A DNA stretch of 24,000 nucleotides, from the NCBI GenBank assembly GCA_018713725.1, contig DVOJ01000014.1:39839-63838 (forward strand), given 5' to 3'. The translations under genes were made by a program, and so were the position numbers. Source of the DNA: Candidatus Caccopulliclostridium gallistercoris (GTDB lineage Bacteria; Bacillota; Clostridia; Christensenellales; UBA1242). Under the pieces are notes generated by a model, which worked only from the letters and a program-made list of their open reading frames with translations, did no database searches and was not told the origin of the DNA. Position 1 is the stretch's first letter. Each line of letters opens with the position of its first letter. Of this stretch, positions 8,473-15,269 are shown piece after piece.

Positions 8473-9258
8473 TCAAAAATTTATTCTCTTTAACATTTCT
8501 TCAAATAGTGTTTTAAGTTTAGCACTCATTAATTTACCATTTTTTAACACTTCTTCATGTGTAATAGGTTCTTCTCCAATATCCGCAGCTTTATTAGTAA
8601 CGCCAGCAACAAGAAAAACCTTCATATTTAAGCTATAAGCCTGTAAAACATCTAAAACAGGACTCATAGACACCGTATCCACCCCTATTGTTCTTAGCAT
8701 TTTAATTTCCGCAGGTGTTTCATAAGTTGGGCCAGTAAGCTGAGCATGCACGCCTTCTTTTAATTCTAAGTTATATTCTACACTTATCTTCTTTGCTATA
8801 TCTAAAATTTCTTTATCGTAAACGTCTTTTAAATCTATAAACCGAATAGGCTTTTCTGCAATAAGCGGATTTTGCCCTGTAAGATTTATATGGTCGTGAA
8901 TTAAAACTATATCCGTAGGTTTAAAACTTTTATTCACAGCACCGCTAGCCGTAGACATTAAAATTAGTTTTACGCCTAGTTTAGAGATAATTTTATATAG
9001 AAGCCTTATATTATCAAGGTTTCCACTTTCATAGTAATGTAGTCTATTAAAAACTAAAATCCTTTTATTATCAAAGTCCCCAAATAGAAACTTTCTAGAA
9101 TGCCCTTCAACATAGTTATACTTTATACCTAGGCTATTATAAGTAACTTCATGAACGTTACTAAGCTTTGGCAGAGCGTCGCCAAAACCAGAGCCTAAAA
9201 CAATAGCTATATCCGCTCTATCTTTAATTTTCTTAACAATTTTATCTACTCTATCCAT
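8473..9258 (-). CDS. Purine nucleoside phosphorylase (PNP/MTAP family)
   Basis: IVLGSGFGDALPKL, YVEGHSRKFLFGDF, VNHINLTGQNP-like DHINLTGQNPL, GPTYETPAEIKMLRTIGVDTVSMSPV. Start MDRVDKIVKKIKD at 9258. Confidence 0.92.
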   Translation of the reverse strand: MDRVDKIVKKIKDRADIAIVLGSGFGDALPKLSNVHEVTYNSLGIKYNYVEGHSRKFLFGDFDNKRILVFNRLHYYESGNLDNIRLLYKIISKLGVKLILMSTASGAVNKSFKPTDIVLIHDHINLTGQNPLIAEKPIRFIDLKDVYDKEILDIAKKISVEYNLELKEGVHAQLTGPTYETPAEIKMLRTIGVDTVSMSPVLDVLQAYSLNMKVFLVAGVTNKAADIGEEPITHEEVLKNGKLMSAKLKTLFEEMLKRINF

Positions 9259-9264
9259 AACTAA

Positions 9265-9292
9265 TTTATACCACACTTTTTATTTTTAGCAA
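9265..9292 (-). promoter_or_regulatory. Candidate extended -10 promoter for the PNP gene: TTGCTA (9292..9287) - 16 nt - TATAAA (9270..9265) with TGG extension
   Basis: Minus strand TGGTATAAAttagttATG. Confidence 0.55.
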
Positions 9293-9354
9293 AACAGTTT
9301 AAAGCATTATTTTTATATAGTTCTTTTTATTAAAGTTGTCGAATAAACTAAAAT

Positions 9355-9972
9355 GTGCAAGCTTATAGTCGAATAAATAGAATTTCAAATATTAAATATG
9401 GCATAACTGGCTTTTTCAGACAAAACAAAATTAAAATTTTTGTTTTAATTTTTTTAGCTGTTCTTGGCATACTTACAGGCGTTTTTACTGCTTTAAAAAG
9501 TGGTATTAGCGTATATAATTCTCAGGACTATAATTTATTTGTGTTTACTAATGGAAACCTATTTAGCTTTGATATATTTTTCTCGCGAATGCTTTCGCAT
9601 ATCACTGTTATAGCAGTAATTAGCTTAGGTTCTTTAACTATTTTCTTGCTACCATTCTCTTACTTAATTTACATTTATAGAGCGTATTTAATTGGCTTTA
9701 ACTGTACACTTTTAATAGTTCTATTCGGATTTTCAGGAATTTTTACAAGCATAGTTATCATAATTCCTTGCCAAATTGCAGTAACCTTTGTGTTTATTGT
9801 TTACTTCTGTATAATGATAAACAGAGCCATAGAAAAAAGGCGTTTCGGATATTGCGAAAAGCCTAAATTCTTAAAAGTTTTTTTAATTGCACTGCTTATT
9901 TTAACTTTATTAAACGTTATAGAAACATTACTACTAATTTGTTTAAACGGAAACACAATTTTAGTTATTTAA
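9355..9972 (+). CDS. spoIIM: SpoIIM-family (stage II sporulation protein M-like) membrane protein
   Basis: Multi-TM protein with SpoIIM/DUF95-like pattern (GILTGVFTALKS, FLLPFSYLIYIYRAYLIGF); sporulation gene context. Confidence 0.7.
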   Translation: MQAYSRINRISNIKYGITGFFRQNKIKIFVLIFLAVLGILTGVFTALKSGISVYNSQDYNLFVFTNGNLFSFDIFFSRMLSHITVIAVISLGSLTIFLLPFSYLIYIYRAYLIGFNCTLLIVLFGFSGIFTSIVIIIPCQIAVTFVFIVYFCIMINRAIEKRRFGYCEKPKFLKVFLIALLILTLLNVIETLLLICLNGNTILVI

Positions 9973-11189
9973 GCGTTTTCTAACATCCAATCTACGTAAA
10001 CGCCATAGCCTTTTGTTGGGTCGGATAAGAATACGTGTGTTACAGCCCCTACCAGTTTGCCATCTTGAAGTATTGGGCTACCACTCATACCCTGCACTAT
10101 ACCACCTGTGAGCGCTAGAAGCCTTGAATCCGTAACACGAATTACCATGCTTTTATCGCTAGATTTTGGTTGATAAGAAGCCTTTATAATTTCTATATCA
10201 TATTCTTCCCTAACGCCGCTTATAGAGCTAACAAGCTTTGCTTTGCCAGGTCTTACACACATTCTACTACCTATATCTACTGAAAGATTGTTGTCTATAA
10301 GACTATCTAGTTTAATGGCATCTCCATAAACGCCGTAAGCGCAATTTGTATCCACAGTACCCTTGTAGTTATCGCTCTGCATAAATAGACATTTTAATTC
10401 GCCAGGCTTTCCCCTTTCGCCTTTCGTAATTCCTATTAAACTACATTTATAAATTTTCCCTTCTAAAACCGGAACTTCTACGCCAGTTTCGTAATCTGTA
10501 ATTGGGTGGCCAAGCGCACCAAACCTATTATTTTCAGAGTTAACAAAGGTAAGCGTTCCAACGCCCGAAGCATCGTCTCGAACCCAAAGTCCCAGTTTAT
10601 ACACATCGGCAGAAACGTCTAGTTCTGGAATAACTTCTATTTCCATTTCTTTATCGTCTCTAATTATAGTTAAAATTGTTCTCTCGCCGCTACTCCCTTC
10701 TAAAAGTACTGGTATTTCATCAACGTCTTCAATTATAGTTCCATTTATTTTGTAGAGTATATCCCCAGACTTTATAGGTTTATTTTTTATTGTTATTTTA
10801 GAGCCGTCTTCTGTTTGAACGGAATTTTCTCCAACAACAATCACGCCCTTTGTTTTTAAAGAAAAACCTAGCGGTATACCGCCCACGTAAACCTTAGGGC
10901 TATCCGTTATTTCCACGTCTACGGATTTTATAGGTATAATACCAAAAAGCTTAAAAGAAAGTTTTGTTTTAGTTTGTTTTTCTCCGCCTACGCTCACGTT
11001 TTCACTAGTAACCCCCGCAGACACAAAATTGCCAAATATATTTTGGCTATTTATATCTTCTATGTCTTCATAAGTTACTATGGCTTCATCTGGCAAGGAA
11101 TACAAACTTACAACTTGCACATTTAGAGCAATAACAACAAATAATATTGCAAACATAACACCTACAAACTTTACAAAAAACTTTCTCAT
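9969..11189 (-). CDS. spoIVB: SpoIVB serine peptidase (S55) with PDZ domain
   Basis: C-terminal GMSGSPILQDGKLVGAVTHVFLSDPTKGYGVY, HPITDYETG, PDZ-like region. ORF track extends to 11285, but the N-terminal hydrophobic segment starts at MRKFFVKFVG (11189), and a terminator lies inside the extension. Confidence 0.93.
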   Translation of the reverse strand: MRKFFVKFVGVMFAILFVVIALNVQVVSLYSLPDEAIVTYEDIEDINSQNIFGNFVSAGVTSENVSVGGEKQTKTKLSFKLFGIIPIKSVDVEITDSPKVYVGGIPLGFSLKTKGVIVVGENSVQTEDGSKITIKNKPIKSGDILYKINGTIIEDVDEIPVLLEGSSGERTILTIIRDDKEMEIEVIPELDVSADVYKLGLWVRDDASGVGTLTFVNSENNRFGALGHPITDYETGVEVPVLEGKIYKCSLIGITKGERGKPGELKCLFMQSDNYKGTVDTNCAYGVYGDAIKLDSLIDNNLSVDIGSRMCVRPGKAKLVSSISGVREEYDIEIIKASYQPKSSDKSMVIRVTDSRLLALTGGIVQGMSGSPILQDGKLVGAVTHVFLSDPTKGYGVYVDWMLENA

Positions 11190-11224
11190 AGCACTATATT
11201 TTGCAGATTTAAAAATAATATTAC

Positions 11225-11258
11225 AAAAAATAAAAAATCCATGTTCTTCACATGGATT
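11225..11258 (-). terminator. Intrinsic terminator of argR-recN unit, stem overlapping the recN stop codon
   Basis: Minus strand AATCCATGT-GAAGA-ACATGGATT-TTTTATTTTTT: perfect 9-bp stem plus U tract. Confidence 0.88.
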
Positions 11259-12954
11259 AAGAAATCTTCTTTTTAAATTCTTCACTATTCTGTTTCAGCT
11301 CTCTAGCGTGCGCTATAGAAGTTTCCGTATTTATAGCACCACCTGTAAGCTGCGCTATTTGTTCTATAATTCTATCTCCGCTAAGCTTTTCAACCGACGT
11401 TTGAGTAGAATTGTTTAAAGTGTTTTTGGTAACATAAATATAACTATCCGCCATAGATGCAACTTGTGGTAAATGTGTTATGCATAGCACTTGGAAGTTT
11501 TTAGAAAGTTTTGCAAGTTTTTCAGCTACTGCATTTCCTATAAGTCCGCTAATTCCTGCATCAACTTCATCGAACACAAGTGTACCAACGCCGTCTTTAT
11601 CAGCTAAAATATTCTTCATTGCAAGCATGAATCTGCTCATTTCTCCGCCGGATATAGTTTTTGAAAGCGGCTTTAAATCTTCTCCTAAATTTGCCGAGAA
11701 TAAAAATTCTACGTTATCAAAGCCCTGCTTTGTAATATCATTCGTATAACTATTAGGCATAATATTAAAGCCAACTTTAAACCTAGCATTTTTCATGCCT
11801 AGTTCGGCAAGTTCCTTGCAAATTTTATCTTCCACTTCAAGGCTTAACTCTCGCCTTTTATTTGATAGGCTTTTGCTTAAATTATAAGCCGTTTGCTCTA
11901 ACTTCTCTTCTTTAAGCGAAAGTTCTTTCAGCTTAGCTTCAGCGTTTTCTAAATTATCTAAGTCGAGTTTAGACTTTTGTAGAAATTTAAATACATCGTC
12001 AAGCGTAGGTCCGTATTTTCTTTTTAAAGATTTTATATGGTCTAAACGTGCGTCCACTTCATTCATTTTTGCTTCATCAAAAACTAAATCGTTAGAAAGC
12101 TTTTTAACTTCTTCTAAAACGTCGTCAAGCTCGTACATAGAACTAGTTAGTCTTTCTATAAGCTCTGGAAATTTATCATTGTATTGAACTATATTTTGTA
12201 AATCGTGAATACCTGCTTTAACATTAGCTAAAACGCCGCTCGAGTCGTCAAAAGCATAAATAAAATTGCTTAAATTTTCAGAAATTCTTTCCGAGCTAGC
12301 GTAAATTTTAAGTTCGTTTTCTAAAAGTTCGTCTTCATTTTCTTTTAGCTTTGCGTTTTCTATTTCAGAAATTTGATAGGATAGCAAGTCTATCATTCTT
12401 TCCCTATTTTCAAAATTTCCGCCAATTAAATTCTTTTCTTCTTGAATTTCTTTTAATTTGTTTAATGTTTCAGCAAGTGCCTTTTTATCTTCAAGAAAAA
12501 TTTCTGGCTTATAGCTTTCAAGCAAAGCTAAATGATTTTTTGCACGAAGCAATACCTGATTTTCATGCTGCCCATAGAAATCTACAAGTGTAGAAGAAAT
12601 TTGTTTAAGCATGTTAAGCGGATATTGTAAACCGTTTATTCTACACTCAGATTTCCCATCTAAGTTAAACGACCTAGTAAATAACAGTATTCCTTCGTCA
12701 TCTATTCCAAGTTCAGTTAAAATATCCGAAGTCTGCTTGCCGTAATCAACAAAAGACGCTTCCACCTTCATTGTATCTTCGCCCGTTCTTATCATAGATT
12801 TAGAAGGTTTATCGCCTAAAACAAAATTTATTGAATCTATTATTATACTTTTGCCCGCGCCAGTTTCTCCAAGCAAAACGTTAAAGCCCTGAGTAAAATC
12901 AAGGCTTATGTCTTTAATTAATGCTACGTTTTTTATCTTTAAAGTTTGAATCAT
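11257..12954 (-). CDS. recN: DNA repair protein RecN
   Basis: MIQTLKIKNVALIKDISLDFTQGFNVLLGETGAGKSIIIDSINFVLG, ETISGGEMSRFMLAMKNI, LVFDEVDAGISGLIGNAVAEKL, VLCITHLPQVA. Confidence 0.97.
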   Translation of the reverse strand: MIQTLKIKNVALIKDISLDFTQGFNVLLGETGAGKSIIIDSINFVLGDKPSKSMIRTGEDTMKVEASFVDYGKQTSDILTELGIDDEGILLFTRSFNLDGKSECRINGLQYPLNMLKQISSTLVDFYGQHENQVLLRAKNHLALLESYKPEIFLEDKKALAETLNKLKEIQEEKNLIGGNFENRERMIDLLSYQISEIENAKLKENEDELLENELKIYASSERISENLSNFIYAFDDSSGVLANVKAGIHDLQNIVQYNDKFPELIERLTSSMYELDDVLEEVKKLSNDLVFDEAKMNEVDARLDHIKSLKRKYGPTLDDVFKFLQKSKLDLDNLENAEAKLKELSLKEEKLEQTAYNLSKSLSNKRRELSLEVEDKICKELAELGMKNARFKVGFNIMPNSYTNDITKQGFDNVEFLFSANLGEDLKPLSKTISGGEMSRFMLAMKNILADKDGVGTLVFDEVDAGISGLIGNAVAEKLAKLSKNFQVLCITHLPQVASMADSYIYVTKNTLNNSTQTSVEKLSGDRIIEQIAQLTGGAINTETSIAHARELKQNSEEFKKKIS

Positions 12955-12955
12955 A

Positions 12956-13411
12956 TTACACCGATAATTTTAAAAGTGTTTCAGTTGCATTTTGAGCCAT
13001 TCTAAAATCTGGAAGAATTACCATAACGGTATCGTCGCCAGAAACGGAGCCCATAACGCCGTCTAAATTCAATTTATCTATAAGCCCACATATTGCCCCA
13101 GCCATACCTTTTATTGTTTTTATAACAGATAGGTTCTGAGCAGTTTTAATGGAAATAACAGCTTCTTTAAAAACGTTTATGTATTTATTTGAAACAGCTT
13201 GCTCGCCATTGTCTACAATTGAGTATTTATATTTGCCAGTTTCCGCACTCAAAATTTTAATTAAACCAAGCTCTTTTATATCTCTTGAAATAGTTGCTTG
13301 AGTTATATCAAAGTTGGCAGCCCTTAGGGCAGCCACAAGTTCGTCTTGCGTTTCTATCTCTTTTGTAGATATAAGTTCAAGAATTTTAGATTGTCTAGCA
13401 GAACGTGCCAT
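12956..13411 (-). CDS. argR: Arginine repressor ArgR/AhrC
   Basis: SRQSKILELISTKEIETQDELVAALRAANFDITQATISRDIKELGLIK winged helix and C-terminal GAMGSVSGDDTVMV-like LDGVMGSVSGDDTVMVIL. SD AAGGAG. Confidence 0.95.
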   Translation of the reverse strand: MARSARQSKILELISTKEIETQDELVAALRAANFDITQATISRDIKELGLIKILSAETGKYKYSIVDNGEQAVSNKYINVFKEAVISIKTAQNLSVIKTIKGMAGAICGLIDKLNLDGVMGSVSGDDTVMVILPDFRMAQNATETLLKLSV

Positions 13412-13516
13412 ATAAGCTCCTTACCTCCCTAAACTCCTTTATTTATGCGGATTCTAGCAGTTTTTGCATAAATATAAATTCATATTTATACAACCCTTTT
13501 CTTGCTTAGTGTGATT

Positions 13517-13545
13517 ATTATACATTAAAATTTATAATTATGCAA
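13517..13545 (-). promoter_or_regulatory. Candidate argR promoter: TTGCAT (13545..13540) - 17 nt - TATAAT (13522..13517)
   Basis: Hexamer reading on minus strand. Confidence 0.6.
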
Positions 13546-13551
13546 GCGATT

Positions 13552-13569
13552 TTTGCATAAATATTCACA
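13552..13569. promoter_or_regulatory. ARG box (ArgR operator)
   Basis: Minus strand TGTGAATATTTATGCAAA matches TNTGAATWWWWATTCANW at 17 of 18 positions. Confidence 0.65.
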
Positions 13570-13592
13570 CATTTTTTTATAAAAATTTAGCT

Positions 13593-13610
13593 TTTGAATG
13601 CGTATTCAAA
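13593..13610. promoter_or_regulatory. ARG box-like perfect palindrome
   Basis: TTTGAATGCGTATTCAAA, inside the 9-bp inverted repeat CTTTTGAAT-GCGT-ATTCAAAAG (13591..13612). Matches ARG-box arms, differing only in the central W positions. Confidence 0.55.
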
Positions 13611-13655
13611 AGGAATTTATAAAAATACACCGTTATGCAAAGGACTTATAAAAAA

Positions 13656-13677
13656 TTACAGGCCTTTAAGCCTGCAA
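13656..13677 (-). terminator. Intrinsic terminator downstream of oapA
   Basis: Minus strand TTGCAGGC-TTAAAG-GCCTGTAA-TTTTTT, 8-bp stem with one G-U. A T-rich tract also follows on the plus strand. Confidence 0.75.
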
Positions 13678-13692
13678 CCTTTTTATTTTTAT

Positions 13693-14397
13693 TTAGTTCT
13701 TTTCTTCACTATTAACGTTATTCTCTACTTTCTCTTTCTCGTCTTTTACTTCTGTCTTTTTTGTTTGCTTACCCTTCTTCTTATCTTTCTTATTTCTTGT
13801 AAATATGCTTAAACACTTACCTAATGTTAAAATTACCTTATTGCAATTTTCCATAGAGTAACGTTTAAAAATTGCCTTACCAAAAATTGTAAGACCTGCT
13901 ATAACCGCCGACACAACGGAAGCCATAACTATTTCAAAGGCATCAGTTGAAGCATCAGTTACAATATGATACAAAATTGAAGACCCGCCTGCACCGGCAA
14001 GGATTCCACAAACGTCTCCTAAAACGTCAGCACAAAGTGAAGCTACCCTGTCCGCATTTTTAACTAAAAACAAAGCTTCCTTTGCTCCCCTAACTTTTCT
14101 AGAAGCCATAGCTTTAAAAGGCTCTTCCGTGCAAGACGCCACAGCAACACCTATCATGTCTGTAATTACACTTATAGATATAAACACAAGCACTACGATT
14201 ATAGATATTACTATGCCGGCACTACTCATGGCAAGTTCGCTTAATATGCTAAAACTTAATGACAAAGCTAATGCCAGAAAGAAAATTTTAATCGGCCAAA
14301 TATACCAAGGTTGTTCTTTAGTTTGGGTTTTAACTTTCTTTTTAACCTTGTTAGAATCTCCCTTCTCTTCCTGCTTAGTTTCTTCGTTATTTTTCAT
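13693..14397 (-). CDS. oapA: OLE RNA-associated protein OapA (multi-TM membrane protein)
   Basis: 234-aa protein with about four TM segments, conserved-looking core FISISVITDMIGVAVASCTEEPFKAMASRKVRGAKEALFLVKNADRVASLCADVLGDVCGILAGAGG including a DxxxD motif (DVLGD). Encoded directly downstream of the OLE-like RNA. Confidence 0.85.
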   Translation of the reverse strand: MKNNEETKQEEKGDSNKVKKKVKTQTKEQPWYIWPIKIFFLALALSLSFSILSELAMSSAGIVISIIVVLVFISISVITDMIGVAVASCTEEPFKAMASRKVRGAKEALFLVKNADRVASLCADVLGDVCGILAGAGGSSILYHIVTDASTDAFEIVMASVVSAVIAGLTIFGKAIFKRYSMENCNKVILTLGKCLSIFTRNKKDKKKGKQTKKTEVKDEKEKVENNVNSEEKN

Positions 14398-14459
14398 AAT
14401 ACTATTTTATGTTTTTACTTTTTTATATATTAAACCTTTTAAGATTATTTTTAAAGTAG

Positions 14460-15027
14460 GCGAAGGCATTATATTAGGTAAACCTTGCGACATAGGTTCG
14501 GTTGGATTTCCCAAACTTCAAAACCTGGCGTTACCACCATGGAAGTTTCCTATTACTTGAAGCCTTTCACCGAATCGCCACTAAGCTCACACTATAATCC
14601 CCAATATAACTGCGGACTCTTCCGCAATAGCCTAGAAGCTTTCCTTAACAGCTAGCTTTGCTCTTAGCTTAGTTTTGCAACACAAATTTCATTAGCTTAC
14701 TAAAACGCGTCTGGCCAAAAACGCTTAATTTTAGCTTTTTATCAAATCCCAAGTATGCCACTCAAAGCAGGCTACACTGCACACAACTTTTGCGTCGCCT
14801 TGCAGGTTTCTCTCCTAAGAAGTGGAAAAATTCCACCTAGTTAGGTCTCCGCGATAATTGGAACGGATATTGTATGCCATTACAATGCGTCCAAAAATCT
14901 TAACTTCCAGCATCAGTCCCAATTTGGGCAACCAAAACTGACACCAGAAACTTCATAGTTATGCCCTTTGGTGCCTATTTCATCACCTTCTAAACAAAGT
15001 TCGCTGACTAGAATACTACGCCTTCGC
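14460..15027 (-). ncRNA. ole: OLE RNA (ornate large extremophilic RNA)
   Basis: About 568-nt non-coding, G-richer, helix-rich segment in the xseB-oapA gap. 5' end GCGAAGGCGUAGUAUU pairs with 3' end AAUAUAAUGCCUUCGC (15 bp, one A-A mismatch). Many internal hairpins, canonical OLE synteny (nusB-xseA-xseB-OLE-oapA-argR-recN) and adjacent OapA. Confidence 0.88.
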
Positions 15028-15033
15028 AAGTAT

Positions 15034-15062
15034 ATTATACCACATATTAAAAATAATTGCAA
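15034..15062 (-). promoter_or_regulatory. Candidate dedicated OLE RNA promoter: TTGCAA (15062..15057) - 17 nt - TATAAT (15039..15034), TGG-extended
   Basis: Hexamers on minus strand. Predicted start (~15027) coincides with the first base of the terminal helix. Confidence 0.75.
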
Positions 15063-15063
15063 A

Positions 15064-15267
15064 CTATTCTTCACTAGATAAAAGTTTTTCAAGGTTATCT
15101 CTTATAACTGTAATTTTCCCTTTGCTAGAATTAAATTCTTTGTAAAGTGTTTCTGCAAGCTCACTTCCCCTTTCAAAGAGCTTAGTTCCTTCTTCTAATC
15201 CAATTTTACCAGATTCTAACTTTTCTATTATTTCGTCTAATTCCTTATTTCCTTCTTCAAAAGTCAT
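15064..15267 (-). CDS. xseB: Exodeoxyribonuclease VII small subunit
   Basis: MTFEEGNKELDEIIEKLESGKIGLEEGTKLFERGSELAE. SD AGGAGG. Confidence 0.93.
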   Translation of the reverse strand: MTFEEGNKELDEIIEKLESGKIGLEEGTKLFERGSELAETLYKEFNSSKGKITVIRDNLEKLLSSEE

Positions 15268-15269
15268 AT

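Noticed and set aside
13591-13612. Inverted repeat CTTTTGAAT-GCGT-ATTCAAAAG as an intrinsic terminator
   Set aside because: No adjacent T tract in either direction; the arms fit an ARG box and the context is the argR promoter.
14129-14560. Plus-strand ORF of 143 aa opposite oapA and the OLE 3' region
   Set aside because: Antisense to a well-supported membrane protein and structured RNA; its translation mirrors the reverse complement of hydrophobic codons and shows no recognisable family features.
14460-15027. Alternative identities for the structured RNA: tmRNA, RNase P RNA or group II intron
   Set aside because: No tag-peptide reading frame or TTCGAATCC...CCA 3' end, no class A/B RNase P GAGGAAAGUCC-type core, no intron domain V or maturase. 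Size, synteny and OapA neighbour fit OLE instead.
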